Shown here: piece after piece, positions 28,806 to 38,063 of the stretch
Layout of the letters: each line of letters begins with the position of its first letter
Position numbering within the stretch: the stretch's first letter is position 1
From: Candidatus Xenobia bacterium
GTDB taxonomy: Bacteria > Vulcanimicrobiota > Xenobia > Xenobiales > QWHO01
DNA: 64,000 bases
Direction: 5' to 3'
Assembly (NCBI GenBank): GCA_045863235.1
Contig: BTUM01000015.1
Coordinates: 1-64,000, forward strand
Program-made: the position numbers and the translations under genes
The notes under the pieces: model-generated
What the model was told of the DNA's origin: nothing
The model's input: the letters and a program-made list of their open reading frames with translations, nothing else
Database searches by the model: none

Positions 28806-30115
28806 CGAGTCATCACCCCGGCCCCCAGCACGGCGTAGATCAGGGCCAGCAGCACGAAGGCCCAGACGAAGGGGATCGTCATTTTGAGCAGTTTCTCGGT
28901 GGTGGTGTGGGTGAAACTCGCGATCCAGACGTTGGCGGTGTTGGTCGGGTCGCAGGTGCCCTGGATCTGGCCCACGGCCATGAAGGCGGCCATGATAGCC
29001 AGGGCCGGTAGTGTGCCCTGCCCATTGTCAAACAACAAAGCAATGAATCCGGCCCCCAGTCCGTAGGTGTTGAAAGGGCCTCGATAGAGCGCCAGGGGTG
29101 CCAGGAGAGCGAAAAACAGAACGTATGTGGCGGGTCGCCCGGGGGCCACCGCTTTGATCAGAGGACCCATGATCGCCCTGGCGCTATCATCGGACAGGGC
29201 AGTCACGGTCATGCCGATGCCGATGAAAAGGCCGAGCACCGGAGCTACGTCCTTCAGCCCCTCGAGGAAGGCGGCCGTGAGATTGGGGATGAGGCGCAGC
29301 GGCTCGGTGGTGAGGCAGCCGTAAAGGATGCCCACCAGGAAAGCGGGCAGAACCGGCCACTGGACCACCAGGATGAGCAGCACCGGCAGGATGGGGGTGA
29401 GCAGGCTGAGCAGGGGCACGTTCTGGGGTGGGGGAGCCTCCAGGGCGGCCCAGGCGAAGTTCCGGCGCTCGCGGAAGCCCTGTACCAGCAGGAAGACGAT
29501 GACCATCAGGGCCATCAGCACTCCCATGCCGATGGCCACCGGGCGGATCTGATCCTCGCTGAGCTTGAGCACGTCCTTGAACACCCCCCAATTGGAGGCG
29601 TTGAACATGCCGCCCAGACTGACGGCAAAGAGCATCAGGCAGGAGGCGAAGTTGGCCGAGAGCCCGCTGCCGGTCAGGATGGGCAGGGCCAGCGACCCGA
29701 CCATCACCACCGCCCCCAGACCGGTAAGCGAGCAGAAGGCGCCCGCCATGGCGGCGGTCATGAAGAATGCCAGCAAGAGCTTGCGGTCCCCGGCATACTC
29801 GGCGGCCACGCGCACGATGCGCTGGGCGATGCCCTGACGCATCACCACCTGAGACAGCACGGCCCCGAAGATAGCAAACATCATGGCCTCGGACAACCGC
29901 TTGGTACCGTCGCGCAGGATGCTGTCGAACATGAGCTTGCGGAAGCTGGGATCGTCGGCCGTGGCGCCCGTCCAGGGCAGGCCGGCGGCCAGGCCCGAGA
30001 CCAGTCCGATCAGCAGGGCCATCAGGGGAAGGGCCAGCAGGGCCGGGATGCGCTTGGTCATCATCATCCCCGCCAGCACCAGGAAAATCAGCAAAATGAG
30101 CAGCCCGGCCAGCAT
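28802..30115 (-). CDS. ion-transporter superfamily permease (GntP/CitMHS-like)
   Basis: Many TM helices; coupled to the hydantoinase gene. Confidence 0.8.
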   Translation of the reverse strand: MLAGLLILLIFLVLAGMMMTKRIPALLALPLMALLIGLVSGLAAGLPWTGATADDPSFRKLMFDSILRDGTKRLSEAMMFAIFGAVLSQVVMRQGIAQRIVRVAAEYAGDRKLLLAFFMTAAMAGAFCSLTGLGAVVMVGSLALPILTGSGLSANFASCLMLFAVSLGGMFNASNWGVFKDVLKLSEDQIRPVAIGMGVLMALMVIVFLLVQGFRERRNFAWAALEAPPPQNVPLLSLLTPILPVLLILVVQWPVLPAFLVGILYGCLTTEPLRLIPNLTAAFLEGLKDVAPVLGLFIGIGMTVTALSDDSARAIMGPLIKAVAPGRPATYVLFFALLAPLALYRGPFNTYGLGAGFIALLFDNGQGTLPALAIMAAFMAVGQIQGTCDPTNTANVWIASFTHTTTEKLLKMTIPFVWAFVLLALIYAVLGAGVMTR

Positions 30116-30251
30116 GTTGCAGAAGATTATTCAAGCCAGCTCGAAAACCTTTCGAACAGGTGAGCTGAAAGTGCAAGGCCTGTGGTCTTGAACTTTTGAG
30201 CGGGCTGGAATGTGTCAGGTTGGGCGACAGTGTTCAGAATGAGAAAACGCT

Positions 30252-30295
30252 TCTGTTGAACGGCGCCGCGCCAGACCCTGAGGGGTTCAACGCGC
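30252..30295 (+). repeat. dispersed hairpin repeat, partial copy A
   Basis: 38 of 44 nt identical to 57685-57728. Confidence 0.8.
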
Positions 30296-30325
30296 TTGCT
30301 GGGCAAAGACCAGACGGCGAGCACA

Positions 30326-31101
30326 TCAGTCGTAGCGGGGGAAGCTGTCGTGAGCGGGAATGTCCCAGGTCTTGCGCCAGAGGGAGCCGGCGCCGTCGAC
30401 TCTCAGGGCCTCGCCGCTGATGAAGGCGGCCGCCGGGGAGAGCAGGAAGACCACGGCTGCGGCCACCTCGCGCTCGGTGCCCATGCGCTGGGCGGGGGTA
30501 TCCCGCACCACCCGTTCGAGCATTCCCTGCATTTCGGGCGGGTAACTGGACAGGCCCGAGCTCTGGATGAGGCCGGGAGCCACGGCGTTGACCCGGATGC
30601 CTCGGGCGGCCCATTCCACGGCCAGGGTGCGGGTCAGGTTGACGACCCCGGCGCGGGCGGCGCCGGTGTGGGCCATGCCAGGAAAACCCCGCCACATCTC
30701 GGCCACGATGTTCACGATGGCCCTGGCGCCGGCTTTCTGGGCGGCCTGGCACATCAAGAATGTGCCCGTCAAGTTGGTGTCGATCACGGCCCTCCAGCCT
30801 TTGGGCGAGATGGCCTCAGCCGGGCTGAAGAACTGCCCGCCCGCATTGTTGACCAGGGCGGGCCTTCGGCGAAGAGCGAGGCCACCTGGGCCTCGTCGCG
30901 GATGTCGGCCAGCTGGTAGCTGGCCCGCTCACCTAACTCGGCGCAGGTGGCCTGCAGTGGCTCCTCCCGGCGGGCAGCCAGCCGGACCCGGGCCCCCAGA
31001 TCGACCAGCTCGCGGGCGATGGCTCTCCCGATGCCGGTGCCTCCTCCCGTGATGAGGACGGTCTGGCCTTCGAAGAGGTCGGGTCGAAAGATGGACTCCA
31101 C
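30326..31101 (-). pseudogene. SDR oxidoreductase (2,4-dienoyl-CoA/trans-2-enoyl-CoA reductase-like), frameshifted near 30860
   Basis: ITGGGTGIG in one frame; LVNNAGGQF...HTGAARAGV...RVNAVAPG in another. Confidence 0.8.
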
Positions 31102-31191
31102 GCGGGCCGGCTTCGCAGCCAGGGGTCCGGCTTCCCGCCGGCCCGTGGGGAGTCGCGTTCAAAATCCAAGCCGCGCGATTGCCGGCAGGCC

Positions 31192-32037
31192 TCAAGAGCA
31201 GCAGGTCGGGCTGCAGCAGCTTTGTTTGCCTGGCTTGCGCGCTCGCACGAAGCCTGAGTAGATGGCCCCGTCCAGCTCGGGCGAGAGGCTGGCCGGGTCG
31301 ATTCCCTGGCTCTCCAGAAAGCCGCGCGCATCCTCCACCTGGTAGACGCGCGTCGGCTCGATGGAGACGTCTTCAAAGCCCGCTGCCCGCAGCTGGGCCA
31401 GGTAGTCCTGCTCGGTCAGGGCGCCGGCCACGCAGCCGACCCACAGCTCCAGGCTCTGGCGCACCATCTCGGGCAACTCCGTGCGGGTCACCACGTCGGA
31501 TACCGCCAGTCGCCCGCCGGGCTTGAGCACCCGGTAGGCCTCGCGGAAAACCTGCTCTTTGTCGGCCGAGAGGTTGATCACGCAGTTGGACAAGATGACG
31601 TCCACCGTGTTGTCCCCAAGCGGGATGTGCTCGATCTCGCCTTTCAAGAACTCCACGTTGGTCAGGCCAGATTTTTTCTGATTCTCGTGGGCCAGGGCCA
31701 GCATCTCGTCGGTCATGTCCAGACCGTATGCCTTTCCCGTGGGCCCTACCCGGCGTGCCGAGAGCAGCACGTCGATGCCACCTCCCGAGCCCAGGTCGAG
31801 CACGGTTTGCCCGGGTTCAAGGTCGATCAGGGCGGTGGGGTTGCCGCACCCCAGTGACGCCAGCAACGCCTCCTCGGGCAACTGGCCGATCTCCTCGGCG
31901 TTGTAGAGATTGGAGCAGATCGGGTCGACCTGCATGGCCGAGGAGGCCGAGGTGCCGCAGCAGGAAGCCCGGCCCTCCTTGACCTGCAGGGCCGCCTGGC
32001 CGTATTTCTCCTTGACGATTTCGCGTACGTCACTCAT
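31192..32037 (-). CDS. arsM: arsenite S-adenosylmethyltransferase
   Basis: SLGCGNP, VLDLGSGGGID, SNCVINL and WVGCVAGA motifs; N- and C-terminal CC pairs. Confidence 0.93.
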   Translation of the reverse strand: MSDVREIVKEKYGQAALQVKEGRASCCGTSASSAMQVDPICSNLYNAEEIGQLPEEALLASLGCGNPTALIDLEPGQTVLDLGSGGGIDVLLSARRVGPTGKAYGLDMTDEMLALAHENQKKSGLTNVEFLKGEIEHIPLGDNTVDVILSNCVINLSADKEQVFREAYRVLKPGGRLAVSDVVTRTELPEMVRQSLELWVGCVAGALTEQDYLAQLRAAGFEDVSIEPTRVYQVEDARGFLESQGIDPASLSPELDGAIYSGFVRARKPGKQSCCSPTCCS

Positions 32038-32072
32038 GAACAGCAGTCCTCCTTCATGGCGCCGCGGGGTGA

Positions 32073-32143
32073 GCGTGGCGCCGTTCAATCGATTTGTCTA
32101 CAGTCCCGCGCGTTCTGACTCTGAACAGGTTGACGCGCGAGAC
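32073..32143 (-). repeat. dispersed hairpin repeat, copy B
   Basis: Reverse complement aligns to 57645-57704 (CGCGCGT..ACCTGT...GAACGCGCGGGA..G.AGACAA...TTGAACGGCGCC.CGC). Confidence 0.75.
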
Positions 32144-32439
32144 GGCAGGTTGCGGGTGCAGCATTGCGCCGTCAGGAACCCGAGCAGGCCCTGCAGCGTC
32201 TCCCAGTTGACCCGGTAGCGCAGGTAGGTGCCCTCCCGGGTGGCGCTGAGAAGCTGCTCGTTCTTCATCTTGTCCAGATGATGCGACAGGGTCGAGGACG
32301 GAATCTGGAGCTCTTCCTGAATCTCCTGCACCACCAGTCCGCCGGGAGAGGCCTCTACCAGCAGCTTGAGGATGCGCAGTCGCACCGGGTTTCCCAGGGC
32401 GGCAAGGCGGTCAGCGTAAGCTTCCAAAAATTCATCCAT
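32098..32439 (-). CDS. arsR: ArsR/SmtB-family repressor
   Basis: LAALGNPVRLRI...STLSHHL...FLTAQCC; directly upstream of arsM. Confidence 0.92.
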   Translation of the reverse strand: MDEFLEAYADRLAALGNPVRLRILKLLVEASPGGLVVQEIQEELQIPSSTLSHHLDKMKNEQLLSATREGTYLRYRVNWETLQGLLGFLTAQCCTRNLPSRASTCSESERAGL

Positions 32440-32474
32440 ATTTCTAGAATAATCGAATCATGGGGGCTTGTCAA
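32440..32474 (-). promoter_or_regulatory. arsR promoter/operator
   Basis: TTGACA-N17-TATTCT, 6 nt before the ATG; AT-rich imperfect palindrome. Confidence 0.75.
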
Positions 32475-32477
32475 GCC

Positions 32478-32522
32478 GGTAACATCCAGGTCCTGGGTCG
32501 GGGTCTCGCGAGAGTGTAACCT
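32478..32522 (+). promoter_or_regulatory. GGTAAC-N5-GGTCCT-N22-TAACCT promoter motif
   Basis: Recurring architecture; ATG 6 nt downstream. Confidence 0.5.
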
Positions 32523-32528
32523 GTTGCC

Positions 32529-32879
32529 ATGGCACTCATTCACAACAGCGCCTGGGGTTACAGCCCGGTCGGGCGCGCTGAGCCCGACGGCTCGCTCCAC
32601 GGCAATCCCTACGCCTGGCAACCGGTCGGGCGACGTGACCATGGCGGGCTGGTGCACGACAGCCCGTACGGCTGGAATCCGGTGGGACGGGTGGACGAGG
32701 ACGGCATGATCCACAACTCCGCCTATGGCTGGAGCCCGGTGGGGCGCGTGGACGCCGACGGGCTGGTGCACAACTCGGCCTATGGCTACAGTCCCATCGG
32801 TCACGTCGAAGGGGAGGATTCCTCGCGGCGCGAGACGGTGGAGCTCTCGGGAGCGGCCCTGCTCGTTCTGCTGGGCTGA
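32529..32879 (+). CDS. small protein of five 19-aa tandem repeats (beta-flower-like)
   Basis: Unit approximately LVHNSAYGWSPVGRVDxDG, five times, then GAALLVLLG. Confidence 0.8.
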   Translation: MALIHNSAWGYSPVGRAEPDGSLHGNPYAWQPVGRRDHGGLVHDSPYGWNPVGRVDEDGMIHNSAYGWSPVGRVDADGLVHNSAYGYSPIGHVEGEDSSRRETVELSGAALLVLLG

Positions 32880-32883
32880 CCTG

Positions 32884-32960
32884 GTTCATTTTTCGGAAAC
32901 CTCTCGGCAATCAGCCGGCTACAAGTCGGCAAGGACCGGGTAACCTGCCCGGGATACGAT
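32884..32960 (+). promoter_or_regulatory. array of six 11-bp-phased hexamers followed by a -10 box
   Basis: GTTCAT 32884, GGAAAC 32895, GGCAAT 32906, GGCTAC 32917, GGCAAG 32928, GGTAAC 32939; TACGAT 32955. Confidence 0.7.
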
Positions 32961-32993
32961 CTCCTCAGCAAACAAACTGAGGAGGAACCCCCG

Positions 32994-33344
32994 ATGATGC
33001 GAGTCGTCACCTTCACCACCCCCGAAGAGCACCCCATGCCCTGGCTCTTGTGCCGCCGTCCTGAGTTGCTGTTGTTCTTGTTTCCCACCGTCCAGGTCGA
33101 CGGTCACACTTTTCGCCCCGATGCTTTGCTGCGTTTGAACGAGGGTGGACGCAACCGCTTCGTGGCTGTCATGGTCGAGGAGAGCGGGCGAGAGCTCGAC
33201 GGTCGGATTCCGCTGCCTTTGCTCAAGCTGCGCTCGGTGCAGCTCCAGCCCTGCAATCTCTTTGGCTTGATCGCCCGGGTGCGTGAGCTGGTGGGCGCCG
33301 ACGCCCCCCGGCCGGAGACGGGCTGGCTGGAGGAGGTCGGTTGA
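32994..33344 (+). CDS. hypothetical protein
   Basis: GAGGAGG RBS and promoter array upstream. Confidence 0.7.
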   Translation: MMRVVTFTTPEEHPMPWLLCRRPELLLFLFPTVQVDGHTFRPDALLRLNEGGRNRFVAVMVEESGRELDGRIPLPLLKLRSVQLQPCNLFGLIARVRELVGADAPRPETGWLEEVG

Positions 33345-33366
33345 TCAAATCGGAGAATTTCCCTCG

Positions 33367-33669
33367 ATGCGGAGTTTGCTGGTGGCGCTGGCTCTCCTGG
33401 TTCTGGGCAGTTCCTGCCTCGGGTGTGCCGGCCTGCGGGTGAGCCGAGCCGTCAAGCCGGCGACCACGCTTCCCCGCGCCACCGTGGTCCGGCAGGGAGC
33501 GCCTCTCACGACCTACCCGCTTCGTCAGACGCCGCCTCTCACGACCAATCCGCGTCGTCAAGCGCCCGACTCTGGGGCGGTGCGCAGAGCCGTGGACCTT
33601 GGCAGCGGCGTCCCGGATCTCCCCGGCTCTTCCTCCGATCCCACCGATCGGGAGAGAAAGAGACGCTGA
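33367..33669 (+). CDS. small exported hypothetical protein
   Basis: MRSLLVALALLVLGSSC signal-like N-terminus; fills the gap between two plus-strand genes. Confidence 0.5.
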   Translation: MRSLLVALALLVLGSSCLGCAGLRVSRAVKPATTLPRATVVRQGAPLTTYPLRQTPPLTTNPRRQAPDSGAVRRAVDLGSGVPDLPGSSSDPTDRERKRR

Positions 33670-33675
33670 GGGCTC

Positions 33676-34728
33676 GTGAGGAAGGCGACCCTGCTGGCGC
33701 TGGTGCTGGCCCTCTCGTTGGCAGGCCTGTGTCAGTCCGGAAGCATCAGCGCACCCGACCCGTCTCAGGTCGGGGTGTTCCGCATCCAGTGCCAGGGTGA
33801 GCTTTTGCCTGGCGACATCGTCCAGGTGACGCGGGGCGAGCAGAGGTTGGGGGAGGCGACCGTCTTGAAGGCCGGCCCGGGAAGCGCGGTCATCTCCCTG
33901 CGCGGGGTCTACGAGGCCCGCTCGGGCGATCAGGTTCAGTTCCTGCGCCGTCCTCAGCAGACAGCGACCGGGCGCGCTCAGGTGGCCAGCAACGAGTATC
34001 GCATCGCCGAGCGCATGCTGGCCAGAGTGCTGCGAGAGTACCCCGAATCGCGCGATGCCCGCCAGAGCGAGCGGCTCAAGACGATCGGCGACAAGCTGGC
34101 CCGAGCCTCCGGCCGAGGCATCCCCTGGCATTTTTACCTGGTGCAGGCCGACGAGCCGAACGCATTTACCATCGGCGAGGGATTCGTCTTCGTGACCGAG
34201 CCCCTGCTGGCCATCGGGCTGAGTGATGACGAGCTGGCCGGGGTGCTGGCCCATGAGGTCGCTCATGGCACCGAGCGACACACGCTGCGCAAGTCCGACC
34301 TGAACCGCCAGCTCGAGCTGGCCCTCAAGGAGCTTGAGGAGGCCGAGGCTCTGGCCGATCGCTATTACGCCGAATACCAGAAGGAGGCCGGCGACCCCAA
34401 TGCCGAGGATCGTTATCGCAGCCGGATGGTGGCTGTCAGGCGCCGGGTCGACTCGGCCAAAGCGCGGCTCAAGAGCGTGGGGTATCAGGTCGATCACCAG
34501 ACCGAGTACAACCATTCCGATGAGATCGACGCCGACCTGAAGGGCCTGGAGCTGGCGGCCCGAGCAGGTTACGACTCGAATGGTCTCGATCAGGCTCTTG
34601 GCAAGCTCGAGCAAGACGGTTTCAAGCGTTTTGGTGATGCAGCTCTCAAAGGCGGGCAGACGCACCCGCCCATCGTCAAGCGCCGAGAGATCTTGCGCAA
34701 GGTGCAGGCATCGTGGCGACGGCGCTGA
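33676..34728 (+). CDS. M48-family metalloprotease
   Basis: Signal peptide; PNAF, ELAGVLAHEVAH, EIDAD..G and THP motifs. Confidence 0.9.
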   Translation: MRKATLLALVLALSLAGLCQSGSISAPDPSQVGVFRIQCQGELLPGDIVQVTRGEQRLGEATVLKAGPGSAVISLRGVYEARSGDQVQFLRRPQQTATGRAQVASNEYRIAERMLARVLREYPESRDARQSERLKTIGDKLARASGRGIPWHFYLVQADEPNAFTIGEGFVFVTEPLLAIGLSDDELAGVLAHEVAHGTERHTLRKSDLNRQLELALKELEEAEALADRYYAEYQKEAGDPNAEDRYRSRMVAVRRRVDSAKARLKSVGYQVDHQTEYNHSDEIDADLKGLELAARAGYDSNGLDQALGKLEQDGFKRFGDAALKGGQTHPPIVKRREILRKVQASWRRR

Positions 34729-34961
34729 GCGCTCCGGCCGGCGATTGACAGAGGCGGCCGCGTAGAGCATCAGTAGAAGTCGATTCTGATGTGCCCTCGG
34801 GCGCGCCGCCTGATCTTGGGGCTGTTCCTGGAGCCTCCGGACTGGACCTGGCCGTCGGGCCGCCCGGGTGGGGGATTGGCTCCAGGCCGGATCAAGATCC
34901 GCTTCCGGGCCGCCCAGACTCCCCTCAAGGCATGACGCCCGCCAGCGGCGAATCACGCAGC

Positions 34962-37154
34962 ATGCTCCTTCCGATCGGGTTCAATCCGATCTCGCCGCTG
35001 CCCCAGTCCGCCGCCTCGAGTTCCAGGCGAGAGTCTGAGCCGGTGGACGGCGTCGTTCTCAGCGATGGACAGCCCATCCAGCCCCATCGGCGTTTCGAAG
35101 CCTTCGACCCGAACAGCCAGCTGAGCCAGGTCCCCGGCGGCTGGATGGCTCAGGTGCCCGATTCGGTCCTGCTGCGCAGCACGTCCGAGTGGGGCCCGGG
35201 CTCGCAGGCCGAGCGTAAGGCCGCCTTCCAGAAGGTCGGGGAGGCGATCGAGAGCCCCACTCCCGAGAGCTTCGAGGCCTGGGCGATGGCCAGCAGCCAC
35301 CTCTCCGGCGCTGAATCCCTGGGCCAGCTCGCCGACGAGTTCGTCCTGGAGCACGCTCTGATGCGCAAGCGGGGGGACCGGCCCGCCGCGATCTGGGACG
35401 AGTACCAGTCGGCCCTGCGCTACCGGGGCCCCAAGGAGAACCGGCGCGGCGTGCTCGAGGTGGCGCTCGCGACCGAAGCCCACCCGCGCGAGGTCCAGGA
35501 GTTGCTCGGAAAACTGAAGCCCAACGCCGAGGAACTGAAGCTCCTGGCGACACTCTCTCCCAAGCTCGAGCGGGCCGGGAGGCTGCTCGAGCACCTCCGC
35601 GAGGCCAGGGACATCACGCCCGAGACGGCCGCCCTGGCGGCGCGACTGGACCTCCTCGTTCCAGACAAGCTTTTACCGGAGAGTTTGAAGCTGGCCATAC
35701 AGCTCAAGCCGGATTGTCTGGAGCTCCTGGGAGCTGCGATGCAGCGGGTGCAGTACCGTCTGCCCGCTGAGAAGGTTTACAACGCTCTGCAGGTTCCACT
35801 GGAATCTCCGCTGGACGAGCGCCTGGCGGTGTACGACAAGCTGTATCAGGCCGCCATTCCTCGCAAGTCACACGGAACGCCGCTGGGCACCTACGGCGGC
35901 GCCGAGGCCGCCGCCCAGGACTACACTCTCATCGCCGAGTCGATGCAGCCGGGGGAGACGCTGACGCAGGCGTTCGGGCGCTATGAGGGCCTCTTTGCGG
36001 AGCTGGCCAAGAACAACGACATCTACTCGATGAACTTCGACGACGCCAGAGACCTCCAGCTCTTGCACGGGGACCGGACCGAGCGCTATCTCAAGTACCG
36101 CGCTCTCTGTCTCCCTGGAATCTCAGGCAACGTGGATGCGAAGATGCTGCTGGAAGCGGAGTTCGCCGCTCCTGGAAGGCGTGAGGCTATCGATACCTTA
36201 CTGGCCGCCGGAGTTTCCGTGTCCGATACGCGCCGCGACCTGGATCTCTTCGACGTCGCCCCCGATCCGGAGCGGGTTAAGCTCCTCGTATACTGCCATA
36301 AGGCGATGCAGGGCGAGTTAGCCGGTGGGATGGCCGCTCAGGAGGCCTTCAAGCTTTTGGAGGAGGCCGGGCCCGAGCGCGCATCCGTCCAGGCGTACTA
36401 CGAGCAGCAGCTGGCTTTGCAGCCGAAGAGGCGGAGCGGCCTGACCAGTGACCTCCTCTGCTGCTGGCGCCAGCGGCAGCCTGACGAGAGCCTGCAGCAG
36501 ACGCACCAGCGCCTCCAGCAGTTGGACATAGGCGATGAGTACGCTCGACGCGCGCTCTTTGAAGCGTTGGGAGCGCGGGGCACGCCGCAGAACTTGATTC
36601 TGATGAGCCAGTGCTACGCCTTTACGGATTGGAAGCGGGACGAAGCCAGGCAGTTGTTTGACCAGTTGGAGGGAAGGGCCGACGGCCCGCTCACGCTGGC
36701 CGGCCGGGGCGAGGTGACGGGCCCCTACGGCGATCGCATGAAGCGAGTGCGCGAGCAACTGGACCCGGAGCGCCCGGGTCTGGAATGGCGTGGCCAGCAA
36801 TACTGCCGTTTCCGCGCGCTCGGGTTGGACCCGCTGGAAGCGCTGGCCTGGTCGGAGCAGCCCGAGAAGCTGGACGGCCTGCGCCAGTTCCGCAAAGAGG
36901 TGTATTCCAAGCAGACCAGGACCGCGCTGGAAGCCTATGATTGGCTGCACGCCGAGGGCCCCGAGCGGGTCGTGCACCGGCGCAAAGTCCTGGATGGCTT
37001 TCTGAGCTCCAATAAGCCTCTGGAGGAGGCGCTACAAGCCTGCCACGGCGAAGAGGCGCGCCTGATGCTGAGCAGTCCGCCTTCAGTGAGCAGCATCAAG
37101 AACCTTGGGGACGCCATCCAGATCGGTCCCGTGCGCCTCAAGAGGAGAGCATGA
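34962..37154 (+). CDS. large alpha-helical hypothetical protein
   Basis: Long ORF; low-complexity leader ending EPVDGVVLS; C-terminus DAIQIGPVRLKRRA; start uncertain. Confidence 0.7.
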   Translation: MLLPIGFNPISPLPQSAASSSRRESEPVDGVVLSDGQPIQPHRRFEAFDPNSQLSQVPGGWMAQVPDSVLLRSTSEWGPGSQAERKAAFQKVGEAIESPTPESFEAWAMASSHLSGAESLGQLADEFVLEHALMRKRGDRPAAIWDEYQSALRYRGPKENRRGVLEVALATEAHPREVQELLGKLKPNAEELKLLATLSPKLERAGRLLEHLREARDITPETAALAARLDLLVPDKLLPESLKLAIQLKPDCLELLGAAMQRVQYRLPAEKVYNALQVPLESPLDERLAVYDKLYQAAIPRKSHGTPLGTYGGAEAAAQDYTLIAESMQPGETLTQAFGRYEGLFAELAKNNDIYSMNFDDARDLQLLHGDRTERYLKYRALCLPGISGNVDAKMLLEAEFAAPGRREAIDTLLAAGVSVSDTRRDLDLFDVAPDPERVKLLVYCHKAMQGELAGGMAAQEAFKLLEEAGPERASVQAYYEQQLALQPKRRSGLTSDLLCCWRQRQPDESLQQTHQRLQQLDIGDEYARRALFEALGARGTPQNLILMSQCYAFTDWKRDEARQLFDQLEGRADGPLTLAGRGEVTGPYGDRMKRVREQLDPERPGLEWRGQQYCRFRALGLDPLEALAWSEQPEKLDGLRQFRKEVYSKQTRTALEAYDWLHAEGPERVVHRRKVLDGFLSSNKPLEEALQACHGEEARLMLSSPPSVSSIKNLGDAIQIGPVRLKRRA

Positions 37155-37234
37155 CGACCACCGCCTCTCACCAGATCGACAGCCTGCAGCCGAGGAGAGC
37201 CTGTTCCTAAGTCCTGGAGCAGGCGACCTGCCTC

Positions 37235-37288
37235 CGATACACTTTGGATACAATCAGGCCCCTGGAGGATACTCCCTTCGCTTAAGCT
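37235..37288 (+). promoter_or_regulatory. GATAC direct repeats plus -10 box; probable site for the adjacent response regulator
   Basis: CGATAC 37235, GGATAC 37246, GGATAC 37267, TAAGCT 37283; ATG 6 nt later. Confidence 0.6.
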
Positions 37289-37294
37289 CGAGCC

Positions 37295-38062
37295 ATGCGA
37301 GCCCAACTGATCCTCCTCGTCCTGTTGCTGGCTGCAATGTGGCCCACCACCCCCCAGGTAGAAGCCATCTCCGGGGCCAGTGTCGACTTCTGGCTCGAGG
37401 GCGACTATCGCTACTGCGAGTCGAACGGTCTGCCTGACCACACTCCAGGCCAGTTTCCCAACCAGGGGAACCCCAACACGATCCGTCCCCAGCGCCTGTT
37501 CTACCGCATGCCCGCGCGGCCGGTGCGGCTCCTGTCTCCCATCCCCAGCGCCCCCATGCGCTTCGGGGTGGCACTCAACGGCGTGCCCTTCGACCCGGGT
37601 ACCGCCGAGCGCTATCAGGGATGGCGTTACGAGGCCATCGGGGGCTCCCTCGACCTGGGGCTGGACAAGCACCACGCTCACGTCCAGCCGACCGGGTCCT
37701 ACCACTACCACGGCATGCCTGTGGGTCTGATCCAGCGAGTGGGCAGCGGGACGCGCATGACGCTGGTGGGCTACGCGGCCGATGGCTTCCCCGTCTACAA
37801 CGACCGCGAGCTCGACGGGCGCAAGCTGCGCAGCTCGTTCAAGCTCAGGCCGGGTCTGCGGCCAGGCATCGGGGGGAAGTACGATGGCACCTTCACCGAG
37901 GACTACGAATGGCAGGAGGGCGAGCTGGACCTGTGCAACGGGCACTGGGGACGCACTCCCGAGCACAAGGACGGGACCTACCACTACCACCTGACCGAGA
38001 ATTTCCCGTTCGTGCCGCGCTGGTTCGCGGGGGCGCCCGATCCGAGCTTCGCCAGGAGGTAA
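37295..38062 (+). CDS. YHYH-domain secreted protein
   Basis: SNGLPDH, GVALNGVPFDP, GSYHYH, GYAADGFPVY and LDLCNG...YHYH motifs. Confidence 0.9.
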   Translation: MRAQLILLVLLLAAMWPTTPQVEAISGASVDFWLEGDYRYCESNGLPDHTPGQFPNQGNPNTIRPQRLFYRMPARPVRLLSPIPSAPMRFGVALNGVPFDPGTAERYQGWRYEAIGGSLDLGLDKHHAHVQPTGSYHYHGMPVGLIQRVGSGTRMTLVGYAADGFPVYNDRELDGRKLRSSFKLRPGLRPGIGGKYDGTFTEDYEWQEGELDLCNGHWGRTPEHKDGTYHYHLTENFPFVPRWFAGAPDPSFARR

Positions 38063-38063
38063 G

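Noticed and set aside
26538..28838. 766-aa plus-strand ORF and similar long antisense ORFs (e.g. 8718-10472, 44942-46804, 52368-54143, 57955-59481)
   Set aside because: They shadow better-supported genes on the opposite strand, as expected at high GC, and show no recognisable motifs.
32529..32810. 57-nt periodicity as a possible CRISPR array
   Set aside because: The units diverge at the DNA level while keeping the protein motif in one open frame, and no cas genes are present.
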